From a virus: a DNA stretch of 64,000 nucleotides. The translations under genes and the position numbers were made by a program. The stretch is taken from IMG/VR virus record IMGVR_UViG_3300009160_000036, positions 14,597 to 78,596 of that record, one strand, 5' to 3'. This document shows positions 37,635 through 47,278 of this stretch, one piece after another (position 1 is the first letter of the stretch; every line of letters begins with the position of its first letter). Under the pieces are notes generated by a model. It made no database searches. It worked only from the letters and a program-made list of their open reading frames with translations, and was not told where the DNA came from.

Positions 37635-39302
37635 ATGAGCAATAAGTCCGTCGAAACCCAACTCAAGGAAGCCATCGAGGCCTCCAAGCAGACCCTCGCC
37701 CTCTCCGAACAGGTGACTTCGCTCGCCCAAGAGAAGGATGCGCTCTCGAAGCGCCTCGCTGAAATCGAAACTTCCCTCTCCTCCCCAAAGGCTTCCGAGC
37801 CGGTCGCAACCGACCCCCTCATCATCGCCAAGCTGGGAGAACTGCTCGCTGAACGCGAAGCCTCTGCCAAGCTGATTAAGGCTCTGTCCGAAAAGACCGA
37901 CGCCGCCCTCGCCTATGCCACCAAGGTTGAGAAGGAAGCCGCCAAGAAGGCCGACCTCAACGAATACGTGAAGCAGAAGATTGAAGACGGCGAAGAAGGC
38001 AACACCCCCGCAGAGAAGATTAACAACTCTGGCAAGGGTAAGTCCAAGGCCGAAATGCCCCAGTTCATCAAGGACAAGATTGAAGAAAAGGAAGAAGAGT
38101 CCGAAGAAGAAGCTTGTGGTCCTATGAAGTCCAAGAAGGGCAAGGCCAAAGCTGCCAAGGCCTCTTTCGATGACGAAGACGGCGATTTTGGTGACCTCGA
38201 CGACGAAGAAGTGATGCTCATCAAGCAGTATCGCAACTCGTCCAAGACGACCGCCAAGCCGAGCGCTGATTCGACCCTCAAGTCTCCCCTCAAGGAAGAG
38301 AAGAAGGATTTCGGCGACATTATCCCGCAACCCGGTCTCGACCCTAACAAGAACAACGTCAACAAGGACAACACTACCTCTACTGGTATTAAGCTCGCGT
38401 CCAAGGCCTCCAAGAAGGGCGAAACCGACGTTGAAGAAATCATGGAGTCTCCTGATGTCCAAAAGGACGAAGGCGAAGAACATACCCACGAGCAGACCCT
38501 ATCCACACCTGAAAAGGGTGCTAAGAAGGGCAAGAAGGCCGAAGAAGCTTCTCTCGAACCCCAAGCCGCTACTGCCGCCAAGGGCGAAGCCCTCCCGCAG
38601 GCCGTTATGGATTACATCAAGCAGCTCGTCGAAAAGGAAAAGCAGGCTAATTCCCTCCCCGGAATTGGCAAGCACGACGTTGTTGGTCAGCCCGACCAAG
38701 ACGGCGAAGAGTCTGTCCTAAACAAGAAGGATGGCAAGAAAGCCGAGTCCATCGAAAAGTGCGTCAAGGACAACTGTGCTGACGATACCACCAAGGTTCA
38801 CGAAGACGGCTGTGCCCCGACCAAGGGTAACACTACCCCTGTCGGCGACCTCCAGCCCCTCGCTGCCGAAGCCCCTAAGTCCTTTGATAACGTTGTCGAA
38901 GCCGCCGTTGAGCGTTTCGCCACGGTTGCCAAGGCAAAGAAGGAAGCCGAAGAACAGCTTTCCAAGATGGGCGAGACTCTTGCCCTCGAAAAGAACGCCA
39001 AGACGGAAGCCTATGCGGCCGTTGCCCAGCTCCAAGCCAAGTTTGAAGCCCTGATGGGTAAGGTTGCCCAGATTGAAGCCTCTGACAAGTCCATCGAAAT
39101 GAAGGCCGCCAAGATTGTCTCTGCCTCTGCCTCCGAAGCAGTGGCTGTGGGTATGGACTCTGCCGGTATCAAGACCGACCAAGAAGTGATGAATCAGTTC
39201 GAGGCTATCTCCGATGCCCGTGAGAAGAACAAGTTCTTCATGGCTAACCGCAAGGTTATCGAAGGCGTTGCGATGAGCAACCTCAAGCGTCGCTCCCGCT
39301 AA
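37635..39302 (+). CDS. Scaffold-like protein (unusually long, K/E/A-rich)
   Basis: Coiled-coil ends and low-complexity middle; between protease and capsid genes. Confidence 0.65.
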   Translation: MSNKSVETQLKEAIEASKQTLALSEQVTSLAQEKDALSKRLAEIETSLSSPKASEPVATDPLIIAKLGELLAEREASAKLIKALSEKTDAALAYATKVEKEAAKKADLNEYVKQKIEDGEEGNTPAEKINNSGKGKSKAEMPQFIKDKIEEKEEESEEEACGPMKSKKGKAKAAKASFDDEDGDFGDLDDEEVMLIKQYRNSSKTTAKPSADSTLKSPLKEEKKDFGDIIPQPGLDPNKNNVNKDNTTSTGIKLASKASKKGETDVEEIMESPDVQKDEGEEHTHEQTLSTPEKGAKKGKKAEEASLEPQAATAAKGEALPQAVMDYIKQLVEKEKQANSLPGIGKHDVVGQPDQDGEESVLNKKDGKKAESIEKCVKDNCADDTTKVHEDGCAPTKGNTTPVGDLQPLAAEAPKSFDNVVEAAVERFATVAKAKKEAEEQLSKMGETLALEKNAKTEAYAAVAQLQAKFEALMGKVAQIEASDKSIEMKAAKIVSASASEAVAVGMDSAGIKTDQEVMNQFEAISDAREKNKFFMANRKVIEGVAMSNLKRRSR

Positions 39303-39329
39303 TTCTTAACACCTAATACACACAATACT

Positions 39330-40058
39330 ATGGCAAGAGGATTTGGCGGCGGTTATGCTCGTGGCACTAATGTCGCTACCGGTGAACTTATCGGTGGCGG
39401 TGCTGCGGGCGGCGGTGCTGGTGGCGTCCGTCGTGATGCCGAAGTGACTGCATCCCAGCGCTCGGTTTCTTCTGGTGGCGACGTCAAAGAGGCTATTGCC
39501 CGCGTCCAGAACGCTGGTGGTGGCGAGATTAAGCTGAACAAGGACCAAGTGGCTGATGCCCTATCGTTGCGCCGTGGCGTGGCTGTGGGACCGAATGGCG
39601 CTCTGATGCTTGATATGGGTAAGATTTCCAACTCTGACCTCCTCAAGGGGCAGATTAAGATGTTTGATGCCAATGGTAAGGAAATGAAGATGGAGCGCAC
39701 CGTGACCGTCCAGATTGTCGAAAACGGCATCTCTGGATTCCGCGTTGGCACTGCCGGTGGCACTTTCCAGCCTGCTCGTGCTAAGGCCGAAATCACCGAA
39801 GAGCAGCGTCAAGCTATTCTGGGTGCAAACCTACCGCTCCAACTCCGCGGCGCTCGCTTCAATCAGTCTGGCCAAATCAATGGCTTCAAGATTAACCCTG
39901 AGCAGTTTGATAAGCCGACGCGTGCGGTTCTCTACAAAAACTCTGGTCCCGATGGCACGATGCGTTTCTCGCCTAATTCTCCGGTTGGCAAAGCCCTTCA
40001 GGGTCAGCTCGGCGATAGCGGCATCAGCATCCAGAAGCTTAACAACCTCCTCGGCTAA
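39330..40058 (+). CDS. MARG-tag protein 18, inside the head operon
   Basis: Starts MARGFGGGYARG; between scaffold and major capsid genes. Confidence 0.75.
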   Translation: MARGFGGGYARGTNVATGELIGGGAAGGGAGGVRRDAEVTASQRSVSSGGDVKEAIARVQNAGGGEIKLNKDQVADALSLRRGVAVGPNGALMLDMGKISNSDLLKGQIKMFDANGKEMKMERTVTVQIVENGISGFRVGTAGGTFQPARAKAEITEEQRQAILGANLPLQLRGARFNQSGQINGFKINPEQFDKPTRAVLYKNSGPDGTMRFSPNSPVGKALQGQLGDSGISIQKLNNLLG

Positions 40059-40120
40059 TTGTCCACAGAGGTTGACAATAATCAAACCTCGAACTTTCAA
40101 CCCCCCAATAAAATAATCCT

Positions 40121-41035
40121 ATGAGTAACACTCTCGGTGGTATTAACCTCCAAGTCATTGCGCAGGACAGTCTCACGACCCTCCTTGCTCAGTTCCCCTT
40201 GGTCAACAAGTTCACAACTGACTTCGGTGGAGACATTCTCCAGCGCGGTGAGTCCGTGACTACTCGCATCGCCTCTGGCGTTGCTGCAACTGACATTGCT
40301 GCCGGCGGCTACTCCCGCTCCAATGTCTCCTCCACGGCCAAGACCGTGACCCTGAACAAGCATAAGGGCTTCGTGATGGGCTTCGCTGATGGCGAAGTCG
40401 CTCGTGGCGGTTATGACGTTCTTCGTCGCACATTCATCCGCCCGGCTGCTCACGCTGTCGTCAAGGCGGTCATGGATGACGTCTTCCTCCTCTGCACAGC
40501 TGGCAATTTCTCCTCGACTGGCTACAATGGCACCGTTGCTGCTTTTGATGCTGACGCTGTTGCTGACATCTCGCAGGCCCTCACCGATGCCAACGTGCCT
40601 ATGGCTGGTCGTACGCTTATCGTGCGTCCTTCCCTCTACACGTCCCTCGCTAAGGATAACTCGATTCAGGCGCAGTATGCTTCCGGCACCAATGCTCCTC
40701 TGACCGAGAACCTTCTGCCTCGTATCCACGGCTTTGAAATCAATCAATACACGGCTCTGCCTAACGGTGGCGTCTCTGGTTTCGGTGCTCTCGATGCAAA
40801 TCTGAAGGGTATCGCTGTTTCGCCTGAGGCCATCCTCATCGCGGCTCGTCTGCCTGCTACCCCGACCAACTGGTATGGTAACGTCGCTACTGCGACGGAT
40901 GCTGAATCCGGTCTGTCGATTCAGGTTCGTGAGTGGTATGATGGTGACGCCGGCGAGCAGAAGCTCTCGATGTCCATCCTCTACGGTATGAGCGTCGGTA
41001 ACGCCGCCTGCCTCTCGAAGATTATCGCTTCGTAA
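40121..41035 (+). CDS. Major capsid protein (P22-coat-like, HK97 fold)
   Basis: GESVTTRI, TVTLNKHK, LPRIHGFEI, SGLSIQV...SILYG; followed by a terminator. Confidence 0.85.
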   Translation: MSNTLGGINLQVIAQDSLTTLLAQFPLVNKFTTDFGGDILQRGESVTTRIASGVAATDIAAGGYSRSNVSSTAKTVTLNKHKGFVMGFADGEVARGGYDVLRRTFIRPAAHAVVKAVMDDVFLLCTAGNFSSTGYNGTVAAFDADAVADISQALTDANVPMAGRTLIVRPSLYTSLAKDNSIQAQYASGTNAPLTENLLPRIHGFEINQYTALPNGGVSGFGALDANLKGIAVSPEAILIAARLPATPTNWYGNVATATDAESGLSIQVREWYDGDAGEQKLSMSILYGMSVGNAACLSKIIAS

Positions 41036-41057
41036 GCGATACCCAAGATATTCAAAC

Positions 41058-41082
41058 AGCCCCCTTAATCGGGGGCTTTTTT
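41058..41082 (+). terminator. Rho-independent terminator
   Basis: AGCCCCC/GGGGGCT hairpin followed by a T-run. Confidence 0.85.
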
Positions 41083-41110
41083 GTGCCTTGTTGACAAGCC
41101 AGCATAGCGT

Positions 41111-41311
41111 ATGGTCCGAGCACCTAAATACGCTGCCGTGATTATAGATGACGGCGACAATCTGACTATCACGCAGTATGCCAATGCTACTCAAGCCAAG
41201 GAGGACTATCGAGAAGCTCTGGCTGAAGGATACACGGCATACTTTTATGCCCGCCCGATGAAGCGTAAGACTACTTTGGACGACCCAGCCCCCATCGAGA
41301 TTACCGACTAA
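41111..41311 (+). CDS. Small protein, post-capsid module family member 1
   Basis: PKYAAVII...QAKEDY...AYFYARPMK. Confidence 0.7.
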   Translation: MVRAPKYAAVIIDDGDNLTITQYANATQAKEDYREALAEGYTAYFYARPMKRKTTLDDPAPIEITD

Positions 41312-44031
41312 TGCCTACGAAGCCCAAGCACTATGCGGTGTTTATTCTCAATGAGAATGGTAGTGGAGTCGTGAAGCAGTTCGACACTTGGCAGGAAGCC
41401 AAGGCAGCTTACGCGGCAGAGAGCGCTACGGGCAAGGCGGTGTATCTTTACCCCCAGCCGATGAAGTCTATCGGAGCTGGCTCGTCGCCTATTGAGGCCC
41501 CAGCGAAGGTCCCTGTGACCTTTACACCACAGCAGAACACAGGAGAGTTCAATTGGCCGCCCCACCCACCGCTTCCAAGACCGACAGAACGTGAACCCGG
41601 TGTCGTCGGACCGTTCCTCCCAGAAAGTAATTATGACAAATGGATGATGTATTGCACGGCTCATCCTACGCACAGGGAATGCACTATTCCCGGAAAGGAA
41701 AAGTTTGGAAATGTCATGTCGACCGTATGCTCCTTGGTGGAGGGGGCAACTGTCACCGATGATACTGGCCAACCTTTCCCCGCAAGCATACCAAATCAAT
41801 TTAAGGCCGACGGCCTTGGGGGAACATTCGAGGCTGGCCCCCCAGAAGGCGCTCAATACTTTGATGGTCCATGTCAGTTGCCGAACGGTTTTCAGAAGTA
41901 TGGAGACACAATTTTCATAGCTCCTGAAATCGTCATATTCACGCTTAAAAGCACCGCAACAGCAGGTCCGGCTTTCCTTGGAAACGCCGTAGTGGAGCGC
42001 CAGCGCGAACTGAAAATGTGGAATGGCGCTGGTGGTTCTGAAGTCGTTCGGACGGAGCATGGATTTCCTGTCCCCGGAGAGCAATATGGAGAGCTTGTCC
42101 CAGCGGAGGATGGAGACTCTATCACCAAGCTCGACGGAAGCATCATCGGGACGATAAATGTCGTCTATCCCTTGATGCCATCATCCGACAGTCACATCGA
42201 AGAAGTTGGAACAGAGATGGAAGACGTGATGGTCAGTATCGTAGAGCGCGGAACAACCGTGAAGTCTGGAACTCGTTCTGCTGACAAGTTTGAAAACAAG
42301 TGGCCTACTATGGACCCAGATAGCGTCGTGTCTAACATTGGATATGACGACCCACCCGGAACAGGAACGGGGGCTTGGTCTATTACCCATGGCCCAAATA
42401 GCGATGGCGGTGTGAACTTTGAATGGCTACCGGGAACACCTCCCGATGGCAGACCGCCCGCAGGATGGGCTGGTTATGTAAAGCGAGGCGCAGATGGCAG
42501 CTTCGACAGAGTGGACCCCCCCATCCCCACTCCTGAAGGTCAGACTTGGCTGGGTGAATGGGTATACGCCTACTACCCAGATGGGACTATTTTGGATGAG
42601 GACTCGGAAAACTACTACAAGTCAGATGGATTGGGAAGCTACTACGCAGAGTCCAAGAACACGACCCCATGCGACCCAGCAGATACGCTAGTCAATGACA
42701 TGGGCAATGACCCGATATTCGCAAATGTCGGCTGTGGAGACTGGGAAGTCGGCAGGCTTTATTACAGCGTTTACGCTGATGGTAATTGCTCGTTCTACTC
42801 GGTCACCACAAGCGACTCTTACACGCCTTCTGGTCAGCTCTTGGGCAAGTGTGGTGACAACTGCTACTTTACCAGCGGAACAGGCACGCCTACGTCAGAA
42901 CCTTCCTCGCAAGCAGGACAACAAATTGGCGATGCAACGACCTCTCCGCTTGAATATGAGGTGGGGTGCGGGACTTGGACTATTGGAACAAGGTCTGTGG
43001 TAACCCTCTCCAATGGAGATTGCACGACGCGGGAAGAAACGACGGATACCTACAATGAGGGCGACATCGGGACCTGCAATGGCTACATTTATTCCGTGGA
43101 TAGCGTTGGCGCGGTCACTTCACGCCCAGACAACCCGCCTCCTTGCCCTGATGCTGGAACGGAAGCAGGCCGAAGCGGCAACAATGATTTGATGTATGAT
43201 GCGGGCTGTGGCTCAATTCAGATTGGCTACTACGTCGAAGTCACAATGAACGACGGAAGTTGCGGCACCTACACTTACAACGAGAACACATCCACTCCGG
43301 GGGACTTTACGACCTGTAACGGCAACATTTACACCGTTGATAGCGGCGGCAACGTGACCTCGCGCCCAGAGTGCGACTCGTCCGGCACTGACCTTGGCAT
43401 AGACCCTAGCGACTCTTGCAACAACTTGTATGCTGACGGAACTTGCGGCACATACTCTAATTCTAACGGCTCTTGCGATGATGATGACTGCGAAGACTCG
43501 GCGTTGCACACGGAAGGCTCCGAAGGCTGGAGCTACGATGGTTGCTATTGGACTCAAGACCCGAATTGGAATTGCGACGCCTCCGGCACTGACTATGGAG
43601 TTTGGGCTGGTGACTCCTGTTACAACGTCTATGCAGACGGCACATGCGGAACATACACTTCTTCCAATGGAAGTTGCGATGGCCCAAACTGCGACTCGTC
43701 AGGAACCGACATGGGCGTAGACCCTTACGACTCTTGCTATAACATCTATGCTGATGGTAGCTGTGGCACTTACACATCTGACAACGGAAGCTGCTCGTCC
43801 TGCGACTCGTCTGGCAACTTTGTAAACAGCAGCATGGACAGCATATACTACAATGCGGGTTGCGGTGATTGGTATGTTGGTTCTGTTAATTGGCAGGAAT
43901 ACACCGACGGCGACTGCGGGACGTATAAGAACTACGACCCGCCGTCCTACAACGGTTCGGGCAGCTACCTTGGTGAGTGCAATGGCTGGACTTACTACAC
44001 AGATGGCAATGGTGGAGCATACACTGACTAA
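41311..44031 (+). CDS. Large Cys/Gly/Asp/Tyr-rich repeat protein, post-capsid module member 2 (possible head fibre/decoration)
   Basis: N-terminus PKHYAVFI...EAKAAY...VYLYPQPMK; C-terminal repeats CDSSGT..DSCYNVYADGTCGTY. Confidence 0.75.
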   Translation: MPTKPKHYAVFILNENGSGVVKQFDTWQEAKAAYAAESATGKAVYLYPQPMKSIGAGSSPIEAPAKVPVTFTPQQNTGEFNWPPHPPLPRPTEREPGVVGPFLPESNYDKWMMYCTAHPTHRECTIPGKEKFGNVMSTVCSLVEGATVTDDTGQPFPASIPNQFKADGLGGTFEAGPPEGAQYFDGPCQLPNGFQKYGDTIFIAPEIVIFTLKSTATAGPAFLGNAVVERQRELKMWNGAGGSEVVRTEHGFPVPGEQYGELVPAEDGDSITKLDGSIIGTINVVYPLMPSSDSHIEEVGTEMEDVMVSIVERGTTVKSGTRSADKFENKWPTMDPDSVVSNIGYDDPPGTGTGAWSITHGPNSDGGVNFEWLPGTPPDGRPPAGWAGYVKRGADGSFDRVDPPIPTPEGQTWLGEWVYAYYPDGTILDEDSENYYKSDGLGSYYAESKNTTPCDPADTLVNDMGNDPIFANVGCGDWEVGRLYYSVYADGNCSFYSVTTSDSYTPSGQLLGKCGDNCYFTSGTGTPTSEPSSQAGQQIGDATTSPLEYEVGCGTWTIGTRSVVTLSNGDCTTREETTDTYNEGDIGTCNGYIYSVDSVGAVTSRPDNPPPCPDAGTEAGRSGNNDLMYDAGCGSIQIGYYVEVTMNDGSCGTYTYNENTSTPGDFTTCNGNIYTVDSGGNVTSRPECDSSGTDLGIDPSDSCNNLYADGTCGTYSNSNGSCDDDDCEDSALHTEGSEGWSYDGCYWTQDPNWNCDASGTDYGVWAGDSCYNVYADGTCGTYTSSNGSCDGPNCDSSGTDMGVDPYDSCYNIYADGSCGTYTSDNGSCSSCDSSGNFVNSSMDSIYYNAGCGDWYVGSVNWQEYTDGDCGTYKNYDPPSYNGSGSYLGECNGWTYYTDGNGGAYTD

Positions 44032-44131
44032 CGCGCTGGCAGCTCTCGGTTGCCCTTCAAATGAGCCTAGTCTGGCTCGCCGTAACCTTGTAGTTGTCGG
44101 AGATGGGGCATTGGCAGCTCGCCCACACCAT

Positions 44132-44425
44132 ATGAAGGAAGGGAAGTATGTGGATTTCCCCAAAGGGGGAGAGGCAATCTTCTTGGAAAGCCTACAAGCG
44201 CTGAAGCCGGGCGGCGGAGCACAAGCTCTTAAGGCGCTTTGCGAAATTGCGGACAAAATTAAAGTCCCGATTATTCTTATCCCAACGGGATACGCAACAG
44301 CCCTTCGCCCATCCCCTCTATCTGTCGAGGAACTCACCGCTTACTACACTAGGTTCGGATTCCAGCCCCTCCGCTCGGTTCGCCCCGGTAAATGGCTCAC
44401 TTCGATTATGGTGCGTGCAAGTTGA
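44132..44425 (+). CDS. GNAT-like acetyltransferase (paralog of 7957; start uncertain)
   Basis: IFLESLQALKPGGGAQAL...IADKIKVPIILIPTGY...LTAYYTRFGF. Confidence 0.65.
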   Translation: MKEGKYVDFPKGGEAIFLESLQALKPGGGAQALKALCEIADKIKVPIILIPTGYATALRPSPLSVEELTAYYTRFGFQPLRSVRPGKWLTSIMVRAS

Positions 44426-44443
44426 CAGTTGTCCACAAACGAT

Positions 44444-44812
44444 ATGCCAGCCCCATATAACTCTACCAAAGGCCCGTTCTCTGTGGCCATTTTTGCAACT
44501 CAAGATGGCATGAAGCGCACCTCCGTCTACTACGGCGCGGACGAACGCGCCCTCTATGAAGCCGACTTTCAGGATGCACGTGAGTTTGGATACCACTTTC
44601 AGGGCCTGTGGCAGCCTGTCTGGGATAAGGACTATGGCAAGCAAGCCAACATCGGCGGCACCTTCCAAGTGAGCGATGGCCAAGGTGGCTACAACACCGT
44701 CACCAAGGGCTACACGGACGCCGCCGGCGTTACGCACACCCCTGCTCCTACTTACTTTGAAGACGCGTATGGCGTCTGGCGTCAAGTGGGCAACCCCGAC
44801 ATCATCGACTAA
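44444..44812 (+). CDS. Post-capsid module family member 3
   Basis: GPFSVAIF...QP; start 44444 after TTGACA-GT-TGTCCA. Confidence 0.65.
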   Translation: MPAPYNSTKGPFSVAIFATQDGMKRTSVYYGADERALYEADFQDAREFGYHFQGLWQPVWDKDYGKQANIGGTFQVSDGQGGYNTVTKGYTDAAGVTHTPAPTYFEDAYGVWRQVGNPDIID

Positions 44813-44940
44813 TGAGCGACGATACAGAGCCGACCCCGGTTTCCACGCCTCCGCCTGCGCCGGTTGTGCCCCCAAGGCCTACTACGCCTGTCAAGATTGG
44901 CAATGTTGAGGTCAAGCCCAACAAGCCCTTCTGGAAGTAA
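44812..44940 (+). CDS. Small Pro-rich protein (42 aa)
   Basis: Start overlaps the previous stop; MSDDTEPTPVSTPPPAP... Confidence 0.45.
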   Translation: MSDDTEPTPVSTPPPAPVVPPRPTTPVKIGNVEVKPNKPFWK

Positions 44941-44963
44941 GTTGACATACGCCCACTATCACT

Positions 44964-45218
44964 ATGAGCGCATCTGGCCCCTCTTCTCTCTCCATCGTTG
45001 TCCAAAACTGCGGCAGCCCTTCTGAAACCGTTGACATCTTCCATTCGGCCGAAGAAGCCCAAGCTCTTTTCTCGACCTTGGTAATCAACCCGTCTGCCGC
45101 TCACTACCTTTTTCTTGAAGCTATGCCTACGAAGGCACTGAAGCCTTCCAAGGTGTCTGGCACTTACGTTGATGCCTTTGGTGTTACTCGCGTTTTCGGC
45201 ACAGGCGAAATCGACTAA
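44964..45218 (+). CDS. Post-capsid module family member 4
   Basis: SLSIVV...EEAQALF...HYLFLEAMPTK; C-terminal YVDAFGVTR resembles FEDAYGVWR of member 3. Confidence 0.65.
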   Translation: MSASGPSSLSIVVQNCGSPSETVDIFHSAEEAQALFSTLVINPSAAHYLFLEAMPTKALKPSKVSGTYVDAFGVTRVFGTGEID

Positions 45219-45262
45219 TTACCTGTTGACTCGGTAGTTGGTTGGGCATCATCAGAGGTCTT

Positions 45263-45625
45263 ATGTCCCAGAAGTTTTCTATCGTCATCGAAGTTCAGAC
45301 CGATGGCCGCCCAAAGGCGACTGCGTATCTGAAGTCCGAAGCCCAGCAAGCCGCAGCACATTTCCTTACACTCCGCAACGCGGAGAAAGAAGCGTATCTG
45401 TTCCAACATCCTCTCGCAGACCGTCGCTCCAAGAGCGCAGCTCAAGTCGTCGCAACGCTTGGCTTGCGTGATGAAAATGGCAAAGTTCCCGACAGCGTTA
45501 TTCATGAACAGGAAGTGGCTAAAACAGAGCTCAACGAAGAGGCTCAAAAGAAATCTACCGAGAAAATCAAGAAGGCTTCCAGCAAGAATAAAATCGAAGG
45601 CATCAATGAAGCCGTCGACATGTAA
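45263..45625 (+). CDS. Post-capsid module family member 5
   Basis: KFSIVI...QQAAAHF...AYLFQHP. Confidence 0.65.
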   Translation: MSQKFSIVIEVQTDGRPKATAYLKSEAQQAAAHFLTLRNAEKEAYLFQHPLADRRSKSAAQVVATLGLRDENGKVPDSVIHEQEVAKTELNEEAQKKSTEKIKKASSKNKIEGINEAVDM

Positions 45626-45643
45626 TTTTCACCCAACAAAAAA

Positions 45644-45793
45644 ATGATTACACACCTCATCGCACTCGTTGTCGGCTTTATCGCCGGCGCCCTCGTGTTC
45701 CGCAACAACGCCAAGAAAGCCGAAGCCATCGTGCAGAAGGGCTCCGAAGTCGTTGACAAGGCTGGCATCGCCGTCAAGTCCTTCAAGAAGTAA
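45644..45793 (+). CDS. Small membrane protein (49 aa)
   Basis: MITHLIALVVGFIAGALVFRNN. Confidence 0.6.
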   Translation: MITHLIALVVGFIAGALVFRNNAKKAEAIVQKGSEVVDKAGIAVKSFKK

Positions 45794-45796
45794 GTC

Positions 45797-46012
45797 ATGG
45801 ACAAGAAAGCATTCCAACCCATCCTCGGTGACGACGCTGGCAACCTGACCAAGGCAGGCTATGAGCCTACCCAAATCAAGGTCGCCCAGAAGCACTACGA
45901 CGAGATGCTGAAAGAGCATCCAGAGGACATGGCTAACGTGACCTTCTCCGAATACCTCTTCAACAATGCCGTCCTCGCGTATTACGTGAAGTTCGGTATG
46001 GAGAAGAAGTAA
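45797..46012 (+). CDS. Hypothetical protein
   Basis: ORF ending before a terminator. Confidence 0.6.
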   Translation: MDKKAFQPILGDDAGNLTKAGYEPTQIKVAQKHYDEMLKEHPEDMANVTFSEYLFNNAVLAYYVKFGMEKK

Positions 46013-46035
46013 GGAGAGCTGGACACCGGCAACAG

Positions 46036-46057
46036 GGCATCTTCGGATGCCTTTTTT
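46036..46057 (+). terminator. Rho-independent terminator
   Basis: GGCATC-TTCG-GATGCC followed by T6. Confidence 0.85.
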
Positions 46058-46125
46058 GTGCCCAAGTAAGATTTGTCCACAATCTTCTTGACATTTCTCA
46101 TAGGTGGACACATAACAATTATCAA

Positions 46126-46641
46126 ATGGCACGAGGATACTCAAATGCACAAAGCGAGCGGCTTTCCCGCACCGTCAACGTCATCGCAATGATGGCCAAA
46201 GACAGGGGCATCGACCCCAGCTCAATGACCTTGGGTGCTGCCGAGAAGTTCGTCCTAGCACGTTACAATGCTCCGGGTGAGAGAGGTCGCTTCGAGGCAG
46301 ACAAGACCACCCTCCGGGATGAACACGGCGAACAGTCCTTCGAGATGCGTGCCAATGGAATGCGTGCCCCTTCTTACTCCAAGTGGGTAAAGGACAAGGT
46401 GGCTATGATGCTCTTCTCCGATAAGACCGCCAAGGACCGCGCCGACTTTGAAGCAACCCCTGAAGGTGCTGCCCTCCGAGCCACCAAGGAAGCCACCTAC
46501 AAGGCTATGATGGCAAGGTTTGAGAAGGGTGCAGTCCAAATCCCTTACGAGGAACAGAGGAAGCTGGATGCCGCTAATGATGTGGCTGACAAAGCCCTTC
46601 GAGCCGCCCAGAGGAATTGGGAACGCCTTAACAACCGCTAA
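46126..46641 (+). CDS. MARG-tag protein 19
   Basis: Starts MARGYSNAQSE; TGGACA at 46105. Confidence 0.85.
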   Translation: MARGYSNAQSERLSRTVNVIAMMAKDRGIDPSSMTLGAAEKFVLARYNAPGERGRFEADKTTLRDEHGEQSFEMRANGMRAPSYSKWVKDKVAMMLFSDKTAKDRADFEATPEGAALRATKEATYKAMMARFEKGAVQIPYEEQRKLDAANDVADKALRAAQRNWERLNNR

Positions 46642-46660
46642 TTGACAAGCCTACAAGAAT

Positions 46661-47275
46661 ATGGCCAGAGGATACTCCCAATCTCGTTCAGAAAATCCGA
46701 CCCAGCGGCTTGATTCGCTCTCTCAACAACCCATTCCCAATGCTAATGCCGCATTGATTGGCAATGGTCTTGGGAGCGTTGAAAAGCTTGCCCTCGAACT
46801 TAAGGGCAGTCGCGCCTATGATGGCAACTATGAGACAATGAGCGACAAGGACATCGAAGAAACCGCCCAGCACGTCAAGGAAGTCAATGACAAGGCAAAG
46901 TCTGATATCGACAAGCTTCTTGCCGGCGGTTGGGACGAAGACAAAATCCAGAAAGCTTATGAGATAAAATCTACTCTTTCAAAACTCTGGCAACAAAACG
47001 CCACTCCTAATCCAAATGACCACTTTGCCCACGAAGCGGTAAACATTGACCGCATCGACATCACCGCCCGTGAAGTGAACGAATACAAGGAAATGCAGTA
47101 TGAAATCAACGAGCTTCTTATGGAGGACGGCCCTCAAGGAGGCGGGTTTGACGAAGGACGTCGAGTATCCAGCGACCGTGAAGACGAACTATCCAACGAC
47201 ATGGGTGACATTGAGCGTAAGTTTGTCACTCAACTCAAGGACCTTCGCACCCGAATCGAGAGGATTACCGGTTAA
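46661..47275 (+). CDS. MARG-tag protein 20 (acidic)
   Basis: Starts MARGYSQSRSE; TTGACA at 46642. Confidence 0.85.
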   Translation: MARGYSQSRSENPTQRLDSLSQQPIPNANAALIGNGLGSVEKLALELKGSRAYDGNYETMSDKDIEETAQHVKEVNDKAKSDIDKLLAGGWDEDKIQKAYEIKSTLSKLWQQNATPNPNDHFAHEAVNIDRIDITAREVNEYKEMQYEINELLMEDGPQGGGFDEGRRVSSDREDELSNDMGDIERKFVTQLKDLRTRIERITG

Positions 47276-47278
47276 TTT

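Noticed and set aside
37611-41194. Long antisense ORFs (37611-38489, 37913-38581, 40097-41194)
   Set aside because: Shadows of the strongly codon-biased scaffold and capsid genes on the opposite strand.
40059-46081. TTGTCCACA at about 40059, 44429 and 46073 as DnaA boxes
   Set aside because: They are scattered single copies and equal the reverse complement of the GTGGACA variant of the late element, which explains them more simply.
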